This document shows, piece by piece, positions 1 through 10,464 of a DNA stretch of 64,000 nucleotides. The stretch is from Prorocentrum cordatum (Eukaryota), in NCBI GenBank assembly GCA_963575745.1, contig CAUYUJ010000085.1, forward strand, positions 1 to 64,000, written 5' to 3'. Below the pieces are notes generated by a model. The model ran no database searches. It saw only the letters and a program-made list of their open reading frames with translations, and had not been told where the DNA came from. Position 1 is the first letter of the stretch, and every line of letters begins with the position of its first letter. A program made the position numbers and the translations under genes.

Positions 1-527
1 TCGCTGGTGGCGTCATTACCATTCGGCGAAGGGGCTTGTGTGTTTGATCTACGTTCGCGTGGCCACGTTTCGACACTAACCGTGGATAGTTTCTTGTCTC
101 AGTTATCTTGCTCCTCTTCCTTCTCCTGGTCCCTCTTCCTCGCGTCTCTCCGCCTCATCTCTCGTCCTCATCTCTCCTCCTCCCTCCTCCACCTACTCTT
201 CTGCCTGGTTCCCCCTCTTACTATTCAGCCGACTCTTCTTCCTAGTCTCACTTGCTCTGCCTGCTTAGTGTCTCTTGTCCCCCCCCACTCGTTCTCCTCC
301 TTTTCTCCGCCGCTCAGCCCCAGATGATAACTTCACGCGCTTCCTTCCCTAGATGAGGAGGGGCACTTGCAAGGGGGGCCAGTGCGGCGACATGACAATA
401 ATGATAACAAGGGGGCGGGGGCCGAGGGTGATGGGGATGATCAGCAGATGCATAAGGACGATTACAGGACGATTACTAACCAGACAGCAAATCCCGCCGA
501 TATGCCGCTGGCGCATCTGGGGTTACC

Positions 528-2973
528 TTAACCCTTGCGGCGCACTTCACGCTTTGGGCGCCTGGGGGCATTGGGGGTGCCATCGGGCCACACGGCATCA
601 CCCCTCGATGAGGGGACCTCCCAACGCCGAATTTTATTCAAGGCCTCTTGGCCTGCAGGGGTGGGGTGCCCTTTACACATGCCGACGAGGCCCGCCCCCA
701 GTCTACCACCCGTGGGGGTCTTCGAGCCTAGGCGCCCACACCTCCAACAAAAAATCTGGCCATACAATATTGCTGCATTGTGCGACTCATGCACCGCCTT
801 GTCCCCGATACTGCACCGAGGGGGGAGGCGCACAGGTAAACCTTGAGACTCTATGGTACTGGGGTCCTGGACATGCGCCACTGCGAAGCCAGTCCAACAT
901 AGAAAACTCCCCAGGGCCACTCTGGCAGTGGCAACACACCCAGGAGGGGCCGACCTTGGGGACCTGGTGCCCCGAAGACGCTTCAAGAGCCTTCCTTACG
1001 CGCCAGGCAGCGGGCGGCACACGGCAGTCCTTACGCGGGCGGCTCTGACGCTCGTAGTCGGCACAAGCGGACGCCGCGTTGACCATAGCCAGCCTCCTCT
1101 GGACCAACCACACTTTAAATTCAGCACGGGCTATATCTCTGACCTCTGGGTCAATTTCAGCTGAAACCTGCTCAACTCCTAGTTGGGCGAATTTGTCGGC
1201 AAGGTCATTGCCTCGGGAGACACAGGGGGTCTGGACCAGGGAGGCTAGCGAAACTCTATCTAGGTGCGAATTGCACTTACTGAGCATCACTCGTCGACCT
1301 TGAGCTTCGGAGAAGACCCTCTTCCACCAACCTCTGAGTTCTCCCGAGGTGTCCGAGGAACCGTGCCATCCGTCGTAAACGATCTGGCTGTCCGTGTAGA
1401 ACCAAAATGGAGGCGCGCGTCGCTGCTCGAAGCCGAGCCGCCCAGGAAGGCCAGCTTGCACTCGATGCGGTCCTCGAAGTTCACCGTGCCCTCGAACGCG
1501 ACGGCCGGCCCGTCCCAATCGATGTAGTACAGCAGGCAAGGCGTGCCCCACGAAGGCGGAGGCGGTACGGAATTCCACCACGTGGATGGTAGTAGCCCTC
1601 TTAGCCACAGCTCCAGGTTGGTCCCGTTAGTAATGTCTCGGACTGCTTCATCACATAGCTTGGCGCTCTGACGGATCCACGGGTGGTCCTGACCGCATGT
1701 GTGAGGGCAGCCCCAGACGCGGTGGGCCATCGTCTCTTTCTGGCCTGTCGCGCACCTGGTACATACTCCATCACACTCATAGCCTTCAGCACGGCAACGA
1801 TCTTCGGTCCAAACGGTATTGCAAATAAATGCTTCTAGCGCACCAGATTCACGATGTGACTCTGAACGTCTCATTCTCTGTAGGGTTCTGCTTGCTGTCG
1901 TGAGGTCTGGCGTAGAACTCCAGCCTCCTCCGTGGCGATCTCTGGCCGCCTGCTGCCACAGCTCCTTGATGCCGTCCGCCGTGATGATCGCCATGAGTTG
2001 GGTGGTGTCTTCATCTCCGAGTATGCAGTCTGACTGCTGAGATGGCGGCACTTTCCGACGGTCATTGTCTTCCTTTGGAGCTGGGACCTGACTTGGCACA
2101 TAGTTTTCAACTTTGGTTCCAGCTCCTCTTTGCTTATTTGTGTAAGAACCCATTCCAGCCAGAAACTGCTGTCCATCTGTGTTGTCCTCCACGTCTTGGA
2201 AGGGGTCGTGGTCGCCGTCCATGTTGGTCGCAGCCTGCTGTGGTTGGCCCTCTGGAAGTCGGTGGACTCTGCTACCTTGACCGTCCTGGCTACCGTCTGA
2301 AGGTGGCAGCTCACGGCTTGCATACATATTGTGCTGGTGCGGTTGCTGGGCCATCGTCCATTCATTTTCCTGCGCATCCGTCCACGTGTCTGGCTCAGGT
2401 AGCTGCCATCCTAGTTCAGAAAGTCCTTGGATAAGGGCCGCCATCGGCCCTGTCACCACGTTCCAACGTCCTCTAGGTCGTGCCCGCTGGAGTCGCTGCA
2501 CGGCTGCATGCCAACCTCCTCGTAGTTTGTCATGGTAATCTGGCCACCGCTTCCAACGCTTAATCCATTCTGCAACTTGGCGGCGGAGCCCAACAGCTTT
2601 GGGGTCCCTCCCGAAGTAATGCAACAGCATCACCACGGATGTACTCCTGCCGCCTGTCGTGTACCCGAGCATGTCTGCTGCTTCAGCTCTTGCACGTCGC
2701 ACCGCTGTTGGAGACTGGCCTATTGCAGGGACGTCATATGCTGACTTAGCACGGACATTGACTAAGTTGAGCGTGGCCAGCTTCCGTCTACGCTTGCCCG
2801 CCCCTTTGAAAACCCTGGCTCGGCGCATTCGTGCTCTGGCCGCTTTGCGTCTCTCCGTTGCCGTCGTGGTGCGCCTCTTGCGTCCTCTCGCCATGTCGAT
2901 GCCGAGGTCGCGTACGTACGAGGCTCCTTTGACTGTTGCCCCTAGTTGCCGAACCGCTTGCGAGACTGTTTTT
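528..2973 (-). pseudogene. LINE-A ORF2 C-terminal part (RDLGID, CCHC-like finger, partly deleted RNase H, terminal Cys clusters), frameshifted
   Basis: Motifs RDLGID, CTRC..ETMAHRVWGC, FLGGSA, FYTDSQ..NSH..GNDLADKFA, CCHC and CWRCG are spread over ORFs 1287..2894, 787..1608 and 528..986. Confidence 0.85.
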
Positions 2974-5713
2974 CAATACTTGGGTGGGATGCCATCACTG
3001 CCGACTTGTCCGACATCTCCAACTTGCTCTCAATGCATCCTTTGACCAACTCGACCGCAACAGTGGTCAGCTCGTGCTTGACCTGCTTGTACGAGCCGCC
3101 TGACCTCGCCGTGGCATCGTCCACATACTGTCTGGGAAGCGCTCGGGGTACCTGATGGTGAGCTCGCCCCAAAACTTCGTATAAGAAAGTCCTTGCACCA
3201 TTATTTGCATTGTTGCACCCTGATGCGATGCTGTTGCCAGGGATTATCGGTGGAGCGAATGCACCTCCTGCTCTGATCGCTCGCGGAGCGAGGTATACCA
3301 GACAATTGAGGTAGAGCTCCACGGGGGGAAAATCAAGCGTCAAAGCGCGATCAATCAAGATCGGGATGCTGATCGAATCGTAGAACTTTTTGATGTCCAA
3401 ATAGATTGAGCCCCACGCTTGCGTTCCATCCCAGGCACTGCTTTCGTCCATGGCCATGCTGAAGAGAGCTGCCTGGAGGGCTGACGACTGGGCCACCGCT
3501 GCATCCCAAAAGGCTGCCTTCTTGCTGCCCCACTCTGCCATAGTTGGTTGTCGGATTCGCCCCCAAAGTCGTATTGGTAAAGGTATCAAGCCGATCGGCC
3601 TCTCGTCTCCAGCTTTCAAGTTGGACCCTTTGCGTAGAAGTTCATACCAAATGTGTAACCATTGGTGCGGCCATGAAAGGCTTTGCTCACATCTGGTCAG
3701 CAAGACGGCCAATTCCTCTATGGCCTGGGGTGCCAACGCCTTCAGATGCTGCGCTTTCCACATGTCCGAACCTTGGCCTGAGGAATTGGGCGTCGTCCTG
3801 AGAGCTGCTTCCAATTGGTCCAAGGTGATGGGTTCACGCTCAGGAAGGTCTGCTTCAGCCCGTGAGCGCAGCTTCTGCATCTGTGCCTTGGTCTCGTTGT
3901 ACCCGTCGTGCTTGGTCCATCTTGCTTTCCATTGTCTGGCTCTCGTCTCCACCGCACTTTGCAAGTTGGCGATAACTCCACTGCTGTCGGGGTCGATGCA
4001 CAGCTCAGGGAGCGAGAGGGATTCGGGCCGCTTGAGATATCCATGAGCCTCCTTCATGTTGCCGTCCATGGCCTTCCTTGCCCAACGGTGGATGCTCTGC
4101 TTCGCTTTCTGCCAGGCTCGCTTGCCGTGTCGCTCGGCCCGCTGCGCCGCTTGAAGTATTGCTTCACTCCACAACTGATGGCCTGTGTCCAGCTCTGTCC
4201 TGCGAATAATATCCAAGGCCCAAGAGTCTTCTTTCTCATCTTGGCGTACACAGTTGAGGCTGGACGGTGGCAGTGGTGGGTACTCCAATGATTCGATGTG
4301 CGTCAATTGAGATCGTAACATTCCTCGAAGTTGCTGCTGCCGAGTAGAGCTCTTTGAAACTGCCAATTGCCGTAAGAGAGGTCCCATTTCCACCCAGCGG
4401 TCATGTCTGGCTTGTTCTGGTTCCTGCGCGCGGTGTTCACGCCGAGGGGCTACTGGGACCAAGCGGTACTTCACTGGCCGTCCTCGAACCGTTTTAACTT
4501 GGTCTTCTCTGTTGCACAAAATGGCCAGGGCATGGTCTGCTGCTTGTGCCCATCGAGTGTACTGCTCGCCCAACTGCACGCTGCTCGCTTCTGTTAACTG
4601 AAAAGCCAAACTGTCCACCGTGGTTTTGTCTGGGCTGAATGATTCACAATGTTCTGTCTGCCTTCGAATATCTTGCCATACATCGTCCGAGACCGTAGCC
4701 AATACCTCTCTGGAGTACGTCGGTTCAAGGAGCTTGTCGATGTCTGCTCGTTCTTGTTGGAGAGCTTGTTGTTCTTCCGTCAGGTCTGTGTCGTAGATTA
4801 TGTCATCCAACTCTGGTTGGTGCTCCGTAAGCTTTGCATGCTGCTCTCGGTCTCGCTGCTTCCTTTTGCTGCCTTTCTCGACGTGCACCGTGATGTATGG
4901 TACTTTGTGCTGCTCTGCCCTAACAGGAGACAAGATCTGCAACTTGGCTGGCTTCCTGGCGATACGGATGCGCAATCCAACATGAGGTCTCCACGGGACC
5001 TTCGGTACCGCCATGACACCACCCAAGAAAGGCCTGCATATTGGTGGGCAAATGACATAATCTAACATGCGGCCTCTGCCACTCGTACACGTCGCATCGA
5101 TGTTCGGGCAAACTGGGGTAACTTTGAGCTTCTTCGCCCACGTGGACTGCATGAACTCGTCTGGGGTAACCTTCCAGTCACCCACTGCCATCCACGGTGT
5201 AGAGATACTAGCCGTCAACTGTGTCAGCTGCTTCATCTTCGCTGCATTGGGCCCTGTCAGGCCCGGTCCGCTGTCGAGGTATACCACGAAGAGTGTGATA
5301 CGTATTCCTCCCTTCAAATCCCAGTGCACCACCGCAATGTCATTCAACTCCTTCTCGAAGGCGCTGCTCCCCTTGACGGTGGGCAGGTGCACTGCAGTCT
5401 GGAGGTGCGAGCGACGTAGCCAACATACTCCCCCATGGGTACCGTTTACTGATCGCCCCGTCTTCCTGGCTGCTGTCCAAGTGTACTGTGAATGCCAGCC
5501 GTCTGGTTGAAGCCGCTGGGCCTCGCTGGCTGCGCTCGTCCTCTGAAGGTGGTGTTCCACTAAGCCCACCATGTCGCATTTCGAACCCAATATGAAATCA
5601 CGAACTGACGCATTGTACTGCGAGATATTCGCCACGAATACATGTGAAACACGGGTCCTGCTCACCGCTGATGGGGTCCTGGAACGTGACCTTGCGCCGA
5701 GTGCTAGGAACAC
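2942..5713 (-). CDS. LINE-A ORF2, APE-like endonuclease + reverse transcriptase
   Basis: APE-like motifs VFVANISQ, GLVEHH, AVGDWK, MLDYVI, WRPHVG. RT motifs ERPIGLIP, YLDIKKFYDSI, IASGC, QYVDD. Confidence 0.9.
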   Translation of the reverse strand: MFLALGARSRSRTPSAVSRTRVSHVFVANISQYNASVRDFILGSKCDMVGLVEHHLQRTSAASEAQRLQPDGWHSQYTWTAARKTGRSVNGTHGGVCWLRRSHLQTAVHLPTVKGSSAFEKELNDIAVVHWDLKGGIRITLFVVYLDSGPGLTGPNAAKMKQLTQLTASISTPWMAVGDWKVTPDEFMQSTWAKKLKVTPVCPNIDATCTSGRGRMLDYVICPPICRPFLGGVMAVPKVPWRPHVGLRIRIARKPAKLQILSPVRAEQHKVPYITVHVEKGSKRKQRDREQHAKLTEHQPELDDIIYDTDLTEEQQALQQERADIDKLLEPTYSREVLATVSDDVWQDIRRQTEHCESFSPDKTTVDSLAFQLTEASSVQLGEQYTRWAQAADHALAILCNREDQVKTVRGRPVKYRLVPVAPRREHRAQEPEQARHDRWVEMGPLLRQLAVSKSSTRQQQLRGMLRSQLTHIESLEYPPLPPSSLNCVRQDEKEDSWALDIIRRTELDTGHQLWSEAILQAAQRAERHGKRAWQKAKQSIHRWARKAMDGNMKEAHGYLKRPESLSLPELCIDPDSSGVIANLQSAVETRARQWKARWTKHDGYNETKAQMQKLRSRAEADLPEREPITLDQLEAALRTTPNSSGQGSDMWKAQHLKALAPQAIEELAVLLTRCEQSLSWPHQWLHIWYELLRKGSNLKAGDERPIGLIPLPIRLWGRIRQPTMAEWGSKKAAFWDAAVAQSSALQAALFSMAMDESSAWDGTQAWGSIYLDIKKFYDSISIPILIDRALTLDFPPVELYLNCLVYLAPRAIRAGGAFAPPIIPGNSIASGCNNANNGARTFLYEVLGRAHHQVPRALPRQYVDDATARSGGSYKQVKHELTTVAVELVKGCIESKLEMSDKSAVMASHPSIEKQSRKRFGN

Positions 5714-6753
5714 GTCTTGGACTGCGTCTTTGCCGCCGCAACCGTCTTGCTCCTCTCGCGAATGCGTACTGTGGTCTCCAGGTACCTGTCCACCTCGTCA
5801 GGGTTCGTGAAGTCGCACGGCTTGGTCTGTTCTGCGGCTGGCTCCTCTTGGACTTCATCTTTGGCCTGGGTGCCCCCAACTGATGGTTGTCCTCCGTTGC
5901 CACGGCGCCTCTTGCACTCTTGAGCCTTGTCTGCGAACTTGCGGAGGTTCTCGGCGGCCTCCTTGCGGGCCTGGGTGGCCCCCTTCGCCGCTTCCAAGGT
6001 CTTCTGCGCTGCCGCGGCCGCTTCCTTGGCTGCCTCGTACTCTTTCTTTTCTGCTTCACCCAGGAATGCCAGCTCTTCACTGCTGAGCTCTGGGGCAGCT
6101 GCATCGTCATGGACTGTCGCTGCTGAAGGTGGTTGTCCTCTGTTCGCCTTCTCACGACACAAATCCACTTGTTGCTGAGCTTCTTTCTCGGCGATTTTGT
6201 TGTCAGCCAGCTTTTCCAGGATGTCTTTTTGTTCTTCTGCATTGCGTTGGAGTCGCCTGCGTAGCCTCTCTCCCGCCGTCGTGACCATACGGAGCGCCTG
6301 GGCTGCCGTTTCCAACTCCTCGAAAGGCTTGGGCGCTGGTGGCGGTGCTGGCTCGGGAACTCGTAACTGAGGGCACGCTCGCTCCAACAAATCCATCTGC
6401 TCCTTGGCGTTGCCGTCCTTGGCCGCTTTGCACTGATCTGCGAGGAGGGCGACCAGGGCCTGGGTCTGTGGATATGGCGGGGCTGTCTCCGTCGATATGC
6501 TTGACCACGTGGTTCCACACTTTGCGCACTTGGCCTTGTCAGCGACACGGTCAAAATAGATCCAACTGCTGCCGACAGGAGAGCAAGTGCTGCACACCAC
6601 AAAAGGCCTCCTCTTCCCGCCCTGGTACTCTTTCTTCGAACGTGAGTGCGATCGAGCTCTGCTAGCCGCTCGACCTCCTTCGTTCCAGGGCGGGCGCGTT
6701 CCTCCCATGTATGTCTCGTAGCCGTCGTCGTTCTGCTGCGACTTCTGCCACAC
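5704..6753 (-). CDS. LINE-A ORF1: zinc finger + coiled-coil protein
   Basis: Within ORF 5704..7146: CSTC..W..CAKC followed by long A/E/K helical segments. The N-terminal part of the track ORF is translated microsatellite. Start uncertain (GTG 6753 or ATG 6708). Confidence 0.7.
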   Translation of the reverse strand: MWQKSQQNDDGYETYMGGTRPPWNEGGRAASRARSHSRSKKEYQGGKRRPFVVCSTCSPVGSSWIYFDRVADKAKCAKCGTTWSSISTETAPPYPQTQALVALLADQCKAAKDGNAKEQMDLLERACPQLRVPEPAPPPAPKPFEELETAAQALRMVTTAGERLRRRLQRNAEEQKDILEKLADNKIAEKEAQQQVDLCREKANRGQPPSAATVHDDAAAPELSSEELAFLGEAEKKEYEAAKEAAAAAQKTLEAAKGATQARKEAAENLRKFADKAQECKRRRGNGGQPSVGGTQAKDEVQEEPAAEQTKPCDFTNPDEVDRYLETTVRIRERSKTVAAAKTQSKTCS

Positions 6754-7142
6754 CTTGAAGGTGCGCCCCTCAAGCCGCGAGCGCGCCTCGCCACCTGCCG
6801 CAGGGCAAGCAGGGCGGACGCGCGGCGCGCGCGCAACAGTGGGCCCGTTGGACCTGCTCCCCTGCAAACCTCTCGGGCCCAGATGCTTGAGAGCAGATGT
6901 ATAAGGAGGTGGAGTGGGACGAGGAGGAGGAGGAGGAGGAGGAGGAGGAGGAGATGGAGAAGGAGGAGGAGCAGGAGCAGGAGGAGGATGGGGGAGGAGG
7001 AGAGGGGGGAGAAGGAGGAGGGAGGAATGAGTTTGAGGAGGAGGAGCAGGAGAGAGCGGAGGATGGGGGGAGGATGAGGATAAGGAAGAGGAAACAAGGG
7101 GGGAGGGGGCGGGAGGAGGGGGATAAGGAGGAGCATGCGCAG

Positions 7143-7392
7143 CCAAACCATGATATTCACATGTTTTTTTTTATTTTTTTGGTCAGGGAAGCCACGAAAC
7201 CTTGCTATTCACAGTTTTTGTTTAAGTTTCTCTGGTTTTCAGAAGCTCCACAAGCTTGGCCAGAGGGGGGCGCGGGGGGGTTGTGGAGCTTCTGAAACCA
7301 AAAGAACAAAAAAACATGTGAATAGCATGGCTTCGTGGCTTCCCTGACCCCCCCCAAAAAAAAAAAAAAAACATGTGACTAGCATGGTTTGG
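7143..7392. repeat. Foldback / long inverted repeat (~110-bp arms, ~27-nt loop)
   Basis: ccaaaccatg..ggtcagggaagccacgaa..ttcagaagctccacaa pairs with ttgtggagcttctgaa..ttcgtggcttccctgacc..catggtttgg. Confidence 0.9.
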
Positions 7393-7565
7393 TGGCCACG
7401 CCCCGTTCCGCAAGCCTTCCTGGCCGCTCGATCGTCGCATCGCGGTTTTTGTTGAACGTCGGTTGACAAGAAAGAGGAGTCGAGTGAGAGAGGAGAGGTA
7501 GAGAGACAAAAACACGCAATGGGACAGGGGGGCGCTGGGGCGGGGCTTACGAATATATATAATAG

Positions 7566-7597
<32 letters not shown>

Positions 7598-7617
7598 GGA
7601 GATAGATAGAGAGAGAG

Positions 7618-7650
<33 letters not shown>

Positions 7651-7674
7651 AAACAAAAAAAAAAAAAAAAAAAA

Positions 7675-8130
7675 GACTTAGCCCTCAGCCCCCCCGGGAT
7701 CGCCAGACACTGTTTTTTATCGTGTCTGGAGCAAGGCACGTCATTCACAGCGGCAAATGATTAGCGCTCAGGCGCAACCCGGAGAGACTCCCATCAGCAA
7801 AAACGCGCACGGGAACTTAGACCTTCTGAGAGCGACCAGCCGACGAGGGGACAGGACGAGCAGGAGCGAAAAGGGGACGCGAGGCGAAAAAGGGAGAGGA
7901 GGGAGGGAGGACTTGAGCAGACACGTCGACGGCAGGCGTCGATGCGGCGAGCCCTCGGGGCAAAGACACGTCACTTCAGCTTGTCAAAAGCGAGCAGGGA
8001 CTTAGCCCTCAGCCCCCCTGGGATCGCCAGACACTGTTTCTATCGTGTCTGGAGCAGGCCCCGACAGCAACTACGGGCAAATGAGTTATCGCTTCAGGCG
8101 CACTCGGAGTCCATCACACCGGAAAAAAAA
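7675..8130. repeat. Diverged ~125-bp direct repeat pair (7675-7800 and 7999-8130) at the DIRS 3' end
   Basis: Both copies begin gacttagccctcagccccc..gggatcgccagacactgttt..tatcgtgtctggagca. Confidence 0.85.
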
Positions 8131-8281
8131 CAACCAATCAGCAACAACAACACGACCAAATCAACATCATCACAAAACACAAAAAATACAGGAAGACGAA
8201 TGGCCAGGATGGCCGAAACAAAACCTCAAACCTTAAACCTGTTCCAGAGCGTCGGAACCCTAAGAGATTCAGCAGCTTCTA

Positions 8282-8920
8282 TCATCGACGAGACACAGCT
8301 TTTGAGAGCGCTGGTGGATCGGAGGCGGCAATGGCGGTCCAGTGCTTTCCTCCTGGAGCCCTGCCAGCGAGCTCCTGATGCCGCAGGCAAGATCTGCTAC
8401 AAATTTTGCCGTTGGCGAGACACCAGCGCTGCAGCCACGAGAGACAACCTCCATTCCAGGAAACGATACGAGTGCACTTTTTCCACGGCGTCCCGAAGTG
8501 GCACTGATGAAAACGAGCGCTGGAGAAGTCAGAGCCACGCGTCAGGCGGCTCAGACGAGGAGCCATCCACATCAACGATCTGTCTGGTTTTCCAAGAGGG
8601 CTGGCACGCGAAAGCGTCTGCACACGTCGATGAGCCTGCAGGTGTCGAATAACGTGGCGTTACCCAGAGTCAGACGAGCACGCTGAGAGTCAGTGAGCAC
8701 GTCCAGGCCCATGGTGGCCTCTACGCTCCGCAGCGGTTGCCGAGGAAAACGCCGAGCACGAAGCCGGAGCTAATCCACCCCTTGATGAGACGCTCGACAC
8801 ACCGCACCAGTAAATCCCCATGAACACAATACTGAATGTCAATGGTAACGACGCCGTAGCCAGCAGCTCGAAACTTCTTTGAAATCCCTGCCGAGCCTGC
8901 GAACAGCTCCAAAAAGACGC
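8282..8920 (-). pseudogene. C5-cytosine-methyltransferase-like domain, frameshifted
   Basis: VFLELFAGSAGIS (motif I, FxGxG), VTIDI, GDL, FLGNRC (PC position). An alternative frame gives LGNATL..VPALLEN (EN motif), then HQCHFGTPWKKCT. Confidence 0.7.
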
Positions 8921-9149
8921 AGCGGCGCCGCCGCGTGGCCCCCTGCACGGCAACCTGGAGCTCATGCCGCAGCTGGCGCAAGATGCCAGCGGTAGTGCGG
9001 CTCAGCGGCGGCGAGCAGCCGGCCTTGCGCTGCCTGCGCTGGCTGGCCGCTTCCGCACCGCTCGGGCGGAGCTCAGGACGGCGAAACTCGGCGGACCAGC
9101 AGCAGCCGCCGTGGCCAAGCGCGCGATGTGCAGCTTTAGCGGGTCGGGC

Positions 9150-10290
9150 ACCTGGTCGATGATCCCCGCGCGGACGAAGCCGTTGCCCGCGAGCTCCTGG
9201 AAGCTCAGTTCCACGAGGGCCCCGAACAAGTAGGTGCTGTCCGGGACGAGGCCGATCTCGCGCAGCAGCTTGGACTCCTTGGCGTACCTGGCCATCGACG
9301 AGGCTGCCTTCCAGCGTTCTCGACGACGGACCTGCTCCATTGTCCTCCGATTGGACAGGAGGTCGTCCGACGCCCCGCCGCGCCTGAGGGAGTAGAGGTG
9401 AGGCCCGAGGCTGCCCAAGCCCAGCAGCGACACGGCCTGGACGAACACCTTGCGGAGATCCGCAGGGCTGAAAGCCCACAGTAGCTGCCCGGGCGGCGTC
9501 GCCTTCGAGAGCGCCTCGAGCAGCGGGTTGAGCCACGCGCCCAGGTCCACGAGCACCGACTCCTCGAAGAGGCCCGTCTTGCCCGGCTGGGCCTCCGCCA
9601 CGTCGTGGAGCAGGAGCCCCCACGCCTGGTAGGCGGGCCCCGCAATGGCGGAAGGAGCCACCAGATGCTGGGCCTTCGGCTCGACGCACTCGCACGGGCA
9701 GAGGTAGCACACTAAGGACACCATGATCCACAGCGCCATCCGCGACTGGCCGAGGGCCAGCATGACACCCGCGATCGCGAAAGTAGCCGATCGCGGCAGC
9801 GGGCAGCGTGTGAAGCTGGGCACCCGACGCTTCCATGCCACCGCCGCGCGCCAGCTCTGCAAAAGCCCCGACTTGCCAGCACGCCGCACCTCCGGCGACT
9901 GGCCGAGGGCCAGCATGACACCCGCGATCGCGAAAGTAGCCGATCGCGGCAGCGGGCAGCGTGTGAAGCTGGGCACCCGACGCTTCCATGCCACCGCCGC
10001 GCGCCAGCTCTGCAAAAGCCCCGACTTGCCAGCACGCCGCACCTCCGGCAAGAAGTGCGTCAGCGCCGCAAGCAGCTGGCTCCCCTCGGCCGCCGCCACG
10101 CCAGAGTGGAACTGGCTGTTGAGGAAAAGCAGCACGGCCAAGTCGAGCTCGCGGCGGGTGGCCCAGGAGATCTGGTGGAGGATGCGGTGATCCGTGAACT
10201 TGCGGCACGCCGAGCGGTAGAGCTCCTCGGTCGACTCCTTGATCGCCAGCTGCTCCAGCGAGGTGAGCCCGGTGACGGGCTTCCTGCCCT
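9150..10290 (-). pseudogene. Tyrosine recombinase of the DIRS-like element
   Basis: In ORF 9002..10642: YLCPCE (for YLRPxE), GKTG, YSLRRGGAS (HxLRH-type box), RERW...ARY with the catalytic Tyr. Confidence 0.85.
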
Positions 10291-10464
10291 GCAGCAGGCA
10301 CCGCGCCAGTGTGGCGCGAGTCTGCGACTGCCGACTGCGGCCCAAGGCCCCGGGAGCTCGCCGCGCCATCAGCTGTCGGACTGTCGGGGCCGCCTGTCTC
10401 GGCAGCTGGAGAAGGCTCAGCCCAGGCGCGCAGAGGGCGCGCGCCCGAGAACCACCCTCTGTGC

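Larger units (their letters stand above)
1..6900 (-). mobile_element. Non-LTR retrotransposon (LINE family A), copy 1: ORF1 + APE-RT-ZnF-RNase H ORF2, defective; 3' end runs off the window start
   Basis: Collinear minus-strand ORFs carry ORF1, endonuclease, RT and RNase H motifs. The 5' end abuts the (GGA)n tract at 6901. Confidence 0.92.

Noticed and set aside
7942..8652. 236-aa plus-strand ORF
   Set aside because: Antisense to the MTase-like remnant and spans the terminal repeat; no motifs.
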